From NCBI GenBank assembly GCA_963693365.1, contig CAVNZM010000014.1, positions 1,736,001 through 1,800,000 on the forward strand: a stretch of DNA of 64,000 nt, written 5' to 3'. Below are positions 1 through 35,723 of this stretch, piece by piece. Position numbers and translations under genes: made by a program. Below the pieces are notes generated by a model. That model worked only from the letters and a program-made list of their open reading frames with translations. It ran no database searches and was not told where the DNA came from. The DNA comes from Amoebidium appalachense (lineage: Eukaryota > Protista > Ichthyosporea). Positions within the stretch are counted from its first letter, which is position 1; each line of letters opens with the position of its first letter.

Positions 1-27
1 GTTTTTTGGGGGGGGGGGGGGGGCTAC

Positions 28-1496
28 CTGCGCAGTTATTACACTTCAGGGCCACATTTGGGTCCTCTACCGCATCAGAAGTCGACAGTGGCGAATTTTG
101 AGATTCGGCGCGGGTCGTTTCGCTCCCCGCGTCGCGGTTTAGGGGGTCTTGCGATGTGTCCCACGGTTGCCCAGGCCAACTGTGAGGTGTTCCCCCAAAC
201 TGGGGGGCACCAACACCTTCGGCCCAATTTGATTCGTGGGTTTCAATCATACTGTTCCTTTTCGGGTACACATTTTCACCCACGGGTACAGAAATGGTCG
301 GTGTTTCCGGTGGTTGCGTTGACGGGATGGTTTGGGGAGGCCACCTTTGTGTGTGCTCGGGATAGTATGGGTGCAATTTCGCGCCGTTTGTGGGCTCTGG
401 GGGGACCTCTGAAGCTACCGACCCCCCCGCCTGCTTCCAGGTAGAAGGACTTCTTGGATGTTCCGAAGAATCATAACTGAATCTTCGGCCAATGACTGAT
501 GAATCTGATGGAGCTGGGAGGGTATATGGGCTGGAACGATGCGGGGATGCAGAACGAACAGAGGTAGACGAGGGTGTTGGTGTTTGGAGGATGCTTTCAA
601 TGGTGAACAGAGAGGTCCGGCGGCTCAGAGGAGCAGAAGCCTGTGTGTGGTAAAACATGGGATTAGATTATAGCTGGGTATATGATTAGTTTACAGCTGC
701 ATTAATGATTCATTTACGCCTGCATTACTGTAATGAATTGCTGAGGAACATGAAAAAAAACTGGAGAATGCACATGGTGGCTAGGTGTCACTATAAATTC
801 CAGCACCCCTTGTTTGGTTTTAGACACCCAAGTTGAATCGGAAAAGTTCGAGATGAATCGAAAACATGTCTTATGCGGAGCCCAAAGCATACATCGTATC
901 CAAGCATTCCTTAGTTGGTTTTAGACAGACAATTTGAAACGACAATCACAGGTATTCCAAGCCCAAACATCCATCCTGCAAGATCGGATAATGGTTTAAA
1001 CATTGCCGAGAACTCCCCTGTAGGTTACCTTTAGTGATGTTCCAAAAAGTGTACGATTCGACTAACACCGTGGCCTGCCCAACGACATAAAATACTCATC
1101 TTACTGTGAAGTCGTTAGTAATGAAAAAGTTTTAGAAATGTCGTTCTACCATCAGCTATTTATTATGGTACGTAGGTCACATTCAGCCTTGGTTCACAAA
1201 AATTCATCACAGTTTACAGTTTGCATGTTTACTTAGCCAAGAGTACTCCACAGCTTTATTCAGGTTACTCCTCTCACACAACCTCTTCCTAATGCTAAAC
1301 ATGAGATTAAATTGGCAGAGAAAAACAAAGCATTTCGAGAGAACGGTTTTCAGGTCAGCCATAGAGTCAGCCATACCTGCTTGAGATCTTCAGGGGCCGG
1401 TGATTGAGTCCAATGCAGGTGTAAAGGGGATTGTGTAAGAGGGGAGGGTCCCTTCTCTACCAAGCAACCATCATAACCTGAAGAAGTCGATGTCAT
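28..1496 (-). CDS. 5' exons of a Ser/Pro/Thr-rich protein reaching a C-x2-C motif at the window edge (probable zinc-finger, GATA-like, transcription factor; partial)
   Basis: Exon 1377-1496 (ATG tentative; GTATGG donor) splices in phase 0 to the stop-free exon 28-640 (cacacag acceptor, GTAGCC donor). That exon ends in ..DPNVALKCNNCA and contains LFTIESIL near its start. Confidence 0.6.
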
Positions 1497-4400
1497 CGTG
1501 CTATTGCGTGTGTGATTGAAACCCAAGGACGTCGTGTGGGTTGTGGCGGACTTCAGAGTGGGTGGTGTGAGAGGTGGGGAAGAAGAGATGAGCTATTGAG
1601 GCATATCAAAGGCAGAAATAAAGTGCACCAGACCTATAAAAGGCGCACAGGTGCATGTGTTTGAGGTTTTCTGGTTGAGTTCAAAGACCCATGCTGTTGA
1701 AAACAAACCAGTGTGCTTTAGGATGTAAGCAGCTAATTAGCTGGGGTTAACGCCCAGTAGCTATATAGGTCGGCAACTGGCTGTTAACAAAAGCAGCAAT
1801 CAGTTTTAGAACATAAATGAGAGCTTCTTGTTTCCGGATGCAAATCTCAGTGATGCACCAAATGTGCAATAAATAGAAGTTGAATTATAATGTTTAGAAC
1901 GGGTGTGGCTTCTACGCTCACTTGAGGTTCCTCTCCGTGTTGTGCTCTCCGAGTGAAAGTTGTTACGGTAAACAAACGCCCTGATCTCCACACTACAAAT
2001 CTCGAACCTACAAACCCCCAAAACTACTACTATTTAGGCATATAAAATGTCCCCTTCCTTTCCCAATTCACATAAAAGAAACTAAAACTTTAATGGCAAT
2101 ACGTGTCAGAGTGACTCCAAGTCTGTCACTCTAAAAATCGTAACGTGCTCGAAGTTGAACGTTGTGGCTTGTGTTGATCTACCAAACGGTAACTTATTAG
2201 GAATCTATTCTTGGCGGAATGCTGGCATGCTCCCACGCTCGCATTATGAAACCACGTGTATAGATGAATATAAGCGGCTAAAAAGCTACATAAAGCGATT
2301 TAAACCTGTATTTAAAAGATAATATTGCATTTTGAGGGTGTTTATTGGTGGTATAGAGCCTCAAGCAGGCGGTTTGGTGTCTATGTTTTGATTGACAGAA
2401 AAGCAAGGGGTAACTTATAAGGTTGAGATGGCATGGAATACCATCTGATTGGCGGCTTTTTTCGATGGAAACAGACATTTTGATTGGTCAGCTGCGCACT
2501 GGTACATGATGGTTCATTTCCAATTCCCCCCAGGCCCCAATACTACTTGGGGTAATACTACTTGAACAAAGTTCCGTTTTTTTTTTTTCTTTTTTTCTTT
2601 TGACTGGATTTATTCGACGGAAAGATATGCAAGTATGCACGGCATACAGAGAAGACAATAAAAACTTCACGAGTTATCCAGTAACAAGTGCATACTGAGA
2701 TACCTGAACACTGTGTGAAAATCATATAAATACTCAATGTGACGACCAACAGAATTCAACAAAAAGTCTAAAGTGTTCACATTAAATATTCGATTCACAT
2801 TGCAACAAGAGAGAGTTCGAATGGGACGGCAAATGCAATAATTAACCAATGTTTTTAAAAAATATAAAAACTTGTATTGATCAAGGCAAGACATGTATGA
2901 ACTACAGGAATTATACACAAAAAGAATGTTTTTTACTTTTTTTTACTTGCCGTCAGTCCCCCCATTACCCTGAACAAGATAATCAAGATCTGATGACCCC
3001 CTTGAGCTAGCTCAACCCGGTCGCAGTTCTTTAACCGAAAATTTTTTCTTCTTTTGACTCGGTTTTATTGATCCGTTGATGAAGGCAACGTGCAGCCACA
3101 GACTACATAACCACCAATAGAACTGAAAAAGCCAAAGCTACGAAATAAAAATAAAGCGACAAGTGACAAAGGACACCAGCGGGCAAAACCTTAAGTGTAC
3201 GTGTATGTGTGAAACTAGTTTGTTCCAACTAGCCATATGCATCGATGTTGACCAGACCACACTCCGCAAGAAGACATCATTACTGAATCGCTTCCCAACA
3301 GGCCCCCCTCAAAACCTACCGAGGCACAGCAAGCAAGTCAGCCTCTAAAAGAGCAATGCAGACCAAATCTGAGCTAAAAAACAATCCCAACGGGCCCGGC
3401 CCCTAGATAACCCGGAGAAACTGCATCTAGCTCTCTGATAAGGTGGCCTAGTTGTGGCAGGACACACAGAAAAACACAATTACAGAAGAATGCATGCAAG
3501 CAAACCCGGTCATTGCCATACGACTGGAGGCTAAGGACTGGCCGACGACCAAGTAGCCGCCCCTCCACTCACGCAGCGCAGAAGTAGCTGAAGAAGTTGC
3601 AGCAGCCCACCGCCAATAGGTCGCGTAGAAGCGTAGACAGCATGTAGAAGTTACCATAGGTTGCAGTGGACCACCAGGCGTTGAAGAAACCACGTCTCAA
3701 GCGAGAAACTCCGCGAAAGGGAGATGCCCCCACACTCTCACAGCAGTAGGAATACACCAGGCCACACCACACACATGCTGCAGTCACGTTCCCCTGAGTG
3801 GGACTCCCTCCCACCACAAAAAGAACAAACGAAAGCCTTTATATCAATATACCTGCGCATGCCATGGTGAAGAATCGGGAAAAAAAGTTGACGTGACAGC
3901 TAAGAGATCGAAGTGAAAGTGAAGTCCCTCCCAGTTAATGTTGATTACTCAAATGATTTATAACACCAGCTTCAACAGTGCCCAGAATTGCTACGCCCAC
4001 GGACATAATTAATACACCTGCACAACCTGTTCAGAGTGGAGTCAGGCCTGTTCAACCTGGGCGTTCGCGGAATGCTGAAAGAGTTAGCAAGTATTTCTTT
4101 CCGATGTTATCTCGAGCTTATCTCAACAGTGGGCCCACCCCTAGTAGGTATTTTCGTAGTGTTATCATGTACAAATTGCCGCAAGGTGAGATGTAACAAT
4201 GGTACTTAGGATTTGCCTATGGATCGCAATGAAAGAAACCGTGTCAAAACCGAGAACCATTAGGCAGTTTGATATCAATATCCAGAAAAGTTTGACAGAC
4301 ACTCAAAAATATCCGCGGGGGGCCGTGGCCCGGTTCCGAGGCCCCCCAGTGCTGTTCAGATCTGGCAGCTGTAGCAGAACACAACTTTGGTTTGGTTTTA

Positions 4401-5720
4401 CTTTCCCGCACACCTGTCGGCGTAAATGAACAAATAAGTCGTATATTTATAATTTTTCTACTCTCAAAAATGTTTTGAACAAGCTAAAAGAGTGTGTTCA
4501 ACAGCGCACGGTTGTGTAGCCATGCGGCCCATGCCAGAGTCTAGGAGAACATTTCCTCTAAGATTTACGTTTTGCCTTTTTCTTATTAGCCCTCTATCAT
4601 GCAGTGTTATAACCGTGCGGGCTGGACGTCACAAATCGTTCTATTTGTTTATTTTTCTTAGTGAGCATGGGCCGGATGCGGCCACGCCCCTGCCACCTAC
4701 TGAGATGGCTCCTTATTTTTCCTTACACATTCAGCGAACACTGGACTCTATCGAACCGTCGAGGCGCCGCGACAGAAAGCATGCACGCGGTCGCGAGAGT
4801 GTAAGGAAAAACCCGTCTGCAGCGAACGTAAAGTTCATCGCAGCGCGTGCACACCGTCAGTACGTGTGAGGCCACGCCCACAACACTGGGAGTCAGTCTG
4901 GCACACAACACGTGCACTCATGCACGACCACATATCATGTGGCTCCATGCATTCCGAACAATAAGGGAGCACAGTTTTAACAGAAAAGAGTTGATGAGGG
5001 GCAAAGGAAAGACAGTCCTAATAGGAGTATACATGCACAAATATGCGTTGATTCGATCGGAGTCCGACTGTCTGAATGTTTCTGTCTCACAAACGTTGGG
5101 CACGTGCACATATGCATGTGGAGACGCCTGTGGTACACCCATGGCATGCGCACGTCACGCTCCATAATAACACTTGCACGCCTAGTCGCCTACGTACGCA
5201 CACGTGTACGCATACAAATCCACTTTCACGTACATAATATACCTAAACACATATATCCCACATAGACATACTACCTGTGTCACTACCTAAACGGGAAGGC
5301 ACACAAGAATTGGGCACATGTGCGGGCACACGGGCACACGCATTTCAGAGATCGATTGAGGCATGCGTCTCATCAGCACACAGAATTATATTATTACTAT
5401 ACTCACACTGTGCACAACGGATCACATGCACATACGTAGCACACACGTCACCGGCGGCACACAAATACATACACATGTGCACGCACAGACATGCACGCAC
5501 GCACGCATACACCACACACCCACGTGTGCACGCGCGTGCACACAGGCAACACCCACACCATACTGTGACGGGCATACATTCTGTACACAACAACGCAGAT
5601 GTATTTGGTCTTACTTCTGATTGCTCTCAAAACTCAGACAGTAGATCATACTTCAGTCAAATTGAATATTTTGCCTAAATATGGAAACATTCGGTGTGTT
5701 CAGTACATGTCACAATATTA

Positions 5721-6076
5721 GACACATTTTACTATGATACAATTTGAAAAGTATAGTATATCTTGATATGCTTATACTATACTTTTTGATGTGGTCAATT
5801 TTACCGTACTACTTTTTGTTTAGTATATAAAAAGTATATCGTGAAAAGCCGACCCGATCGCGACCCTGGTGCGCATTCGATGCGTTCGCCTCCAATCAAA
5901 TTCGATCCGGCCAAAAGATATACTATACTTCCGAAGTATATCTTTTGGCCTTTTCATATGATCGATATACTTGCATATATCGATTTTGAATATCTTTTTC
6001 GCGATCTTACCAGATTTGGCAGGTCGGCGATATACTTATACTATACTTTTCAAAATGTATTATAGTAAAATCTGTC
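5721..6076. mobile_element. MITE with ~40-bp terminal inverted repeats and TA target-site duplication (Tc1/mariner-type)
   Basis: Left end gacacattttactatgatacaatttgaaaagtatagtata vs reverse complement of right end gacagattttactataatacattttgaaaagtatagtata (3 mismatches). TA at 5719-5720 and 6077-6078. Internal palindromes. The paralogous site in copy A (~15343-15357) is empty. Confidence 0.85.
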
Positions 6077-6166
6077 TATTGCCACTACCACAGCATAATA
6101 AACAGGCTTCATACCATCCCGCCCATGGCGTATGACCATGTCGTGCATATATAGCCCATCCACCAA

Positions 6167-6202
<36 letters not shown>

Positions 6203-6749
6203 CGCTAAATTTTTTCGGCGGCTTTATGGTAACCTACGTATATCATGCAACGATATAAATCCCCACCACCTGACTAATGCATTTTCGGAGGCTACATATT
6301 TTCACAGCAAATTTCGCTGAATGACATATGAACGCACATAGCTAGTGTAAAAAACATTCATCAAAATGATCAAGTCCAGGTGATTTGGATATACACCTAC
6401 ACGAAAACCCGATGCCATTCCCTATCACACCATCCCGTATTACTTCCTTTCCCCCCTCCAAAAAAACGTTCGATTCCATCCACCACCAAAAGATTTACCG
6501 CGAGGGCCACCACCTCACACTTGAACCGAACATACACCCGCACCTACCCACCAACAAGCGCGCACACATGCACACCTGGTTCAGAGAAAGAAGCATAGAT
6601 TCCCCCCAATCAAACATTTGGATACACAAACAGCAAACTTATGTGTCCATAGATAACTGGTCCATGAGCCCGAATAAAACGGCAAATTTTCCAAATATGG
6701 CAATCAGCATGGCCAACCAGCCAATAGTATACCAGATCATTTAGTTATG

Positions 6750-9713
<2,964 letters not shown>

Positions 9714-10264
9714 CTGTGTGGGTGCATGTGCGGGGTTAAAGTCAATGTCGGTCTTTAACGATGTAACGTCATATTGGCGTCAAACACTAACGTCATTGGG
9801 TGGCTCACGTTCGGTCAATGTGGATGAAATGGAGTGCATGATTGGTTTGGCCCATATACGGGATGTCCATTTAGGGGAACTTTATGATCGACATACAAGG
9901 AGAGTTACATGCATACCATTGGGAAACACCAATATAGTCCTTTTAAACTATGTTGGCATTTTGCCAGGTGGCGTCAATATGACATAACTCTACGTCCGTA
10001 GTGACATCAGAGTATATGATCAGCAGAGTATATGATCAGCCTGAATGATTGGCTATATATGGTAAAAACACCCATTTTGGAGATTGTGCTACCATACTGA
10101 GATATATATAATCAAACTTATGATTACAAAAAAAACCCGGGGAAAATGCTGATATGGATGTTAATGCGGTCTCGGAGAAGATGTTTTGGAGACTATGTTG
10201 TGTGATAACAAATCTCACACGTGTGCGCGCTGTGCAAATATGTGGTGCGTGCGTGCGCGCGCGC

Positions 10265-10295
<31 letters not shown>

Positions 10296-10336
10296 TGTGT
10301 CTGTGTGTGTGTGTCCGTGTGTGTGTGTGCGCGTGC

Positions 10337-10378
<42 letters not shown>

Positions 10379-10731
10379 TGTTTGTGTGTGTGTGTGTGCA
10401 CGCGCACGTGTGCGCCGTGTGTGTATGTGTGCTAGAGGGTCATGTCAAAGGAATCCGTAAACAAATACGTCCCAGAACTCATCAAAGGAATCCGTAAACA
10501 AATACGTCCCAGAACCCTCCCCCCCCCCCCCCTTCGCCCACATGTGCCCATCCCCCCTCCCCCCCCCCCCCCCCCCTCCCCTCCCACCCCCCTTTCCCCC
10601 CATCTTAATGCATGGCATGTGGCCCTCAACGAAACTAGTAATGCCAGCACTCAGGTATCCTCAGTTAGGATCACTTACCCTGCATCCCGGAGAAATCCGT
10701 GGCGGAAGGGGGCATTGACTGCCCGATAGAA

Positions 10732-10932
10732 TCACTGTTGGCCGGCTGCAAGGAGGCATGCGCTGTGTCTGTAGGGCACATATGATGGGCATTCATTAGT
10801 GTGGCTACGGGGGTCACAAAAAGAGTAATCATCAGAAAAAGTGAAGTAATCTGAAAAAAGATACATCCTCAGAAACAAGCAATTCACCCCCCTCCCCCCT
10901 CCCCCCTCCCCCTCCCCCCCAGTGGCCCCCCA

Positions 10933-10966
<34 letters not shown>

Positions 10967-11469
10967 CTTCCGTACTAGCCTAGCCCTATGCCTGAAAACC
11001 ATTACGTCATCTGTATCAACCAAAACGATTCCTATCGCAATTACACCAAAATATGTCAGCAACATCCAAATGGTGGTGGTGGTGGTGGTGGGGCTGGGGT
11101 GGGTGGGTGGGTGGGTGGGGGGGGGGGAGGAGGGGGGGGGGAGGGGGGGGGGGGGTCACAAAACGAAGAGCACTACAACGCTTCTACAGACTACATGCAG
11201 TTAAGCACAGACACTGGACATACTACTCACACAAATGTAGATGTGTAAGAACACATACCATGGTTCTGGGAATCCCACGCTGGAAACGGGACCCGAGGCA
11301 GGGCAAAACCCAATGCGCGCAGCCTGTCGCAGTCCCCAAACAAGTGCAGGGTCATCCGGGCCGACTCTCCATGCCCGCACGCAGCTTTCAGCTTGCTGAA
11401 CTTGTGGGCATGCGTGCACTGCAGCTGTTGTGTGGGCGTGCACGCGTACCATGCGTGCACAGTGTGTGT

Positions 11470-11532
<63 letters not shown>

Positions 11533-11543
11533 CGTGTGTGCGT

Positions 11544-11614
<71 letters not shown>

Positions 11615-12738
11615 CATGTGTGTGTGCATGTGTGTGCCAAGGCAAAGCTTCGCGGCGATGGAGTGAGTCTATGTGTGTGGTTGTGAAAGGGTGGGTAGGT
11701 TACAGAGAGAGAAGAGAGAAGGGAGAGGGGGGGAGGAGGGGGGGAGGAAAGGGGAGAAAGAGAGAGGAGAGAGTGTGTTTGCGCGCGGGCTGTGTGATTG
11801 TGCAAGTCTGTGTGTGTTTTGCTCAAAGAGGGCGGGGGGCGGGAGCCGCGGGGGGGAGGGGGGGGGGGGGGGGGGGGGTGCGGGGGAGCGGTTGTATGGA
11901 AGGAGGACAGGGGACACACCGGGAATGGGCATGGGGCTTGGCTGTAGAGACACGGGTTGTGGACTCTGTAGAACCCATGAAGGTGGAGCCGCTGGCTGAT
12001 TCACTGGACCAACAACTAGTGAATACATATTTCCTTATGTTGCCTACACCGGACCCAGGTGTGCTCTTGCACACTTCTTGCACCACGGGTAGTGTGACTT
12101 AAGAGTTCATCCAAAACCATAGTGTGATACAGTTAATAATTTTGTACGTTATCTCGTATAAAGCATTGTACAGTACGAAAAGGGGGGAGGGGGGGAGGGG
12201 GGGAGAAGGGAGGGGGAGGGGGGATAGCACAGTAGGGTAGGAGGAATAAGAGTTGCACAGAAGTCTAAGACGAACAGTGTTTTGCATTTGTGCAAAAAGG
12301 GGTATATCGTCTGTAGAGCGCACTCCCTCACGGGGGGTCCGATCTTGCGGAGGGGGTGGATTCAGTGCTGTCAGTGGGGGGAGGGAGGGTGGGGGTGGGG
12401 AGGGGGTTGATGCGTTATAAATTACGAAGTACACACCAACAACAGACGGGGAGGGGGAGGGGAGGGGGGAGGAGGGGGTGGGGGGGGGGGGGTGGACACC
12501 TTCCAAGTGTTCGATCTGGCCAATGCCCGGGCGCCTGCTGGAGAGCTGAAAGGAGTGTGGGTGTTGAGGTGTGGTGGTTGGTTGTGCTGAAGGCAAGAAT
12601 CCTGCACAGGCAAGGCACGAAGAAAAGGGTAGTACGTGGTCAGCTGCCGAGGGGCCGTGAGGAAAGCAGAGGAGGGAAGCAGAGGAGCGGGGGGAGGGGG
12701 TGGTGGGGATGAGTGTGTGTGTGGCACGTGGATGCGGT

Positions 12739-12769
<31 letters not shown>

Positions 12770-12805
12770 GGGGGGGGGGTGGGTGAGCGGCACATGTATG
12801 TGCAT

Positions 12806-12887
<82 letters not shown>

Positions 12888-14694
12888 GGGGGGGGGGCGG
12901 GGGGAGGGGGACTCTTGCGCAAGCAGCAAACAATCATATGTGAGTACGTGCCCATGCGGTGCACACACGTCTTTGAGTGTCTGAGTGTACGGTTGTATGC
13001 ACAGCTCTTTATGAGTGTAAGGACAGGTTTTCAAGGCACATGGATGGGATGAGAAGGGAAGGGGGAAACCAAGCACACACACCTTGCACAGGGGCTGTTG
13101 CAGACAGCACATTCACTCGAGAATGTGTGAACCATGATGCGAAGGAGGAGAGGCCTTATGCAAGCTTGTGAGGGTCTAAAATTCCCTGCTGACGTGCACA
13201 AGAAGAGACGGAAGAGGGCGGGAGAGCTGTGGGGGAATATGGTGTTGGGCGCGGGGAGGGGGGGGGGGGGGGGGGGGGAGGGGGAGGGGAGGGGGGAGGG
13301 GAGGGGGGGGGGAAGGGGAAGAAAGGGAGGGGGTGTTTTGGGGGGAAACGCCGGGAAGGGAGGGGGTTGGGGTTGGGGGGATGATGGGGAGGCGAGGGGA
13401 AGAGGGGGGAGTGAATGGGGGAGGAAGGGGGTGGGAGGGGGGGAGTGAATGGGGGAGGAAGGGGTGGGAGGGGGAGGGGTGGGGGGAGGGGGGGGGGGGA
13501 GAGGATGGAGGGAGGAAGGGGGTGGGGGGGGGGGGGGGGGAGGACGATGGAGGAGGAAGGGGTGGGGGGGGGGGGGGGGGGGGGGGGAGGGGAGAGGGAA
13601 GGGGAAACAGGCATGCACACCTTGCGCCGTCGTCTGAGAAGGAAAAGGTCTCCACCCGGGCCAGACTGCCGGTGAGAACGCGTGGGCCGAGGCATCTGAA
13701 AGGACACACTGCAATAGCTGGTGTCTAACAAAGGAATGTCTGTTGTGTATGTAGCTGTTTTACCTGGGAGGGGCACAGATGACCTGCCGCCACCGGGGTA
13801 GAACGGCCAAATATCTGCAAGAAGTTTAAGTCAGTTCTGTTACTCCAGCTAAGCGAGGTGACAGAAATGACAGGTGAGAACTACCCAGAGGACGGTAAGC
13901 GACAGCTGCTGCGGCCATTCTTTTGCGGCCAGCGCGAGCGGCAGTGCACAGCGCCACAACATTTTGGAAAACGGCTTTTTGTAGGCGAGGCAATAGAAAA
14001 CGGTCCGTTGTTTATTTATTTACGGTCCGTTGTTTATTGGCGCCAAAAAACAAAGAGGCAGTGTGTGGACACTGTGGTGCGAAAAAAGCGCGAAAAAAAA
14101 AAGCTAAGTGTGGGGGATGAAGAGTGGTATGCAGAAAAAAGAAATACGTATATGTGATTGGCACGTGGTCACAGCATGCTTTCTCAGAAGGGTGCAAACT
14201 AGATCGAGCATGATGGATTGGATGAAAGTGGCTCCCCAATGAAAACCCTCCAATATAGAGTGTACTGTACCGACAGTCTTACATCAGATACCCTTACTTG
14301 TGCCAGAACAGCTAGCTCCTCCTTGGCCTTTTAACAAATTCAAATTCGCTTCAAACAATTTTTCCACCTCTGCCTCCAAGCTCTTTAGCTTCGTCTCTTT
14401 TCTCGCCAACTCCTGTTTCATTTCTTTCTCTTTTCTCGCCAACTCCTGTTTCATTTCTTCCAACTGCTGATCCTTGTAAAGAATGGTCTTCTCGTACATC
14501 TCTTTTACGAAGGTTAAGTAGGAAGTGCTGTCGAAACCGGCACTGGCATTTGGCATGGTTGAGAATTGACAAGCCGTGGGGTGGAAGCGCGCACGCACAA
14601 GGCCAGAAAATCCCTTACGGTAGAGGTAGCTCATTCCGCACCAACGATAATTTTGTTGGCGTGTGACAAGGACCATCCTGTTGATTCCGAACAT
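10732..14694 (-). CDS. Tentative multi-exon gene: Arg-rich presequence-like N-terminus, coiled coil, CCCH-like zinc finger
   Basis: gaaaaaATG at 14694; first exon ends at a GTAAGG donor at 14297. Candidate exons 13621-13695, 13083-13185, 12500-12545, ~11920-11990, 11259-11424 and 10679-10745 have canonical ends and can be chained without stops to TGA at 10732. The chain gives CLYSQAPCPFPLQCTHAH (C-x6-C-x5-C-x3-H). Frames of the middle exons are ambiguous. A 33-bp tandem duplication (EMKQELARKE x2) lies at 14395-14460. Confidence 0.4.
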
Positions 14695-14991
14695 TTTTTC
14701 AAAATTATCGGGAGATGCTCGCTCATGCGTGCTAACTTTACCGCCCGCCACTGTACAGTACAAACCTATTTGAGGCCACCCCCTAAGCTTATTTTCCCTT
14801 CAACTCGGCACTCTAGCTTGTCTTGCCCAGCTGCGCATGATAGCGCTGTACATGTCACGTGCACAGCAGTTTTCGAATTCGGGCAAGCGTGCTTGCATGT
14901 TCGACTGGCCGAAGGGGATCGATACATGTGGCCTCAGAGTCCTACGTGCACACAAACCAAAGCCTCCTAAATAGCTCCTTCAGGAAGCCTT

Positions 14992-15059
<68 letters not shown>

Positions 15060-15986
15060 CACACCCTGAACGCACGCACGCCCACGCGCACATATGTGAC
15101 GGGCATGCACGGTACTAAACCACCCACTACACAACCATGCAGATACGACGTGGCACGTGTACAGAGAGACTGCACTACGGGAAAGGGAGCCCTACGTGTT
15201 TCGTCTTTATGTTCTATTTGCTTTATACTCAAGATATAGCAGATCATACTTTTTCCTGAGACTCGCATGTCACGGCATTTCGAATCATGATTTTGCCTAG
15301 TAAATATGATACAGAAGCATTCGGAGTATTATTTCAGCATATGTCAAGATTCTTGCCAAAACCACTGCATAAGCCGGTTTCACATATCATCCGGTTTGGG
15401 AGTATGATCTGATCTGATTCATATAGTGCATACCTACATAGCCCATCATAAAATTCTGCTATTTTTTTGGGGGGGGGCTGTATGGTAAATTATTCCAACC
15501 ATATACATTCCTACCAGCTGCAATAAGAAATTTTTGGAAGCTGCATATATTCACTGAATGACACAAGCGCATCACTAATAGCACACACTCATCAAGCTAA
15601 TAGCACACATTCATCAAGATGACCAAATCGAGGTGAATCGGATATAAACCCACACGAACACCCGATTTGGATACCAATTGCAACCACTATCACACGACTA
15701 TGCAGGCATGCTTCCTCCCTTCCACAACAACATTCGATCACAACCACCACCACCGCCACCCTAACCCTAACCACGAACACACGGACACACCTATACCCAC
15801 ACCCAAACACACAAAGGGCTCAGAAACTAAACCCTGATCCACCTCACAAAAGATTGGACACAAAAACAAACCAATATGCTCACCACAAATAACTTGACCA
15901 CAGGGCCCGAGAGCCGATGACAATAATACCAAATATGGCAATCAGCATGGTCAATCCGCCAATGGCATACCGGATCCAAGGTTTTG

Positions 15987-35010
<19,024 letters not shown>

Positions 35011-35592
35011 TTTGGCGAGAGTTATGAACCTGTGTGCGCGCTCTTTTACATCCTCGTAAACTACCAGGCCGCCAGATTATAAAAAGAGAACGATGTTTAT
35101 TCTTAGTTTAAAGCTAAAAGAAGGCGGGGAGGCAAATGTTACTTGAATTTTGAGGGGCGTAATAAAACAAGAAAAAATCTTCAAAAGCTCCGCTAATGCA
35201 AGCTCAGTATACCTTTTGGCAGCTTCGCTAGAAAGAGCACAAAACCCTCAAAACCTGCTCGGCCGATTATTGGGGCAGGGCAATGTGGAAAGAAGTAATG
35301 ACAACGTTAACAACTGGTTATAACTGCCTCAGCATGTGACTCTGGGCATGGGGGAAGACCTTCTTAGGCTTGAACATCGAGTTCTGACCAAGTTATGCAC
35401 AGCTCATCACAGCTCAATTGCCTGTCACTCAGTCTCGGTAACGTTCGCGGGGGGATTAACGTGTGATCATCAGCTGATATCAGTACGTTATACTGTGCTT
35501 GTTCGTACGTACCCGCCCTCTATGACATTTCAATTTGGCGCCAAATTACATGTTTTTGCGTAAGATTTGCATAAATCAATCAGATATTTGAC

Positions 35593-35632
35593 TCAAGGCC
35601 TCCTAAATGGTGTGCTATTTAGGAGGCCTTGA
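35593..35632. other. Perfect 16-bp inverted repeat (hairpin) upstream of ICE2
   Basis: tcaaggcctcctaaat-ggtgtgct-atttaggaggccttga; tttgactc occurs at both 35587-35594 and 35633-35640. Confidence 0.8.
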
Positions 35633-35682
35633 TTTGACTCTCTGTACTACGAGCAAGGCCTCCGTTGTTGCTTGCCTGTCAC

Positions 35683-35723
<41 letters not shown>

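Noticed and set aside
58-444. Plus-strand ORFs 58-444, 11053-12102 and 30768-31607
   Set aside because: They are antisense shadows of minus-strand exons or repeat-driven frames.
3374-4870. Short ORFs and donor-like sites upstream of the left-edge gene
   Set aside because: No recognisable motifs or consistent exon chain; they may be UTR or promoter sequence.
15758-15771. Telomere-like (CCCTAA)2
   Set aside because: Only two units; compatible with chance.
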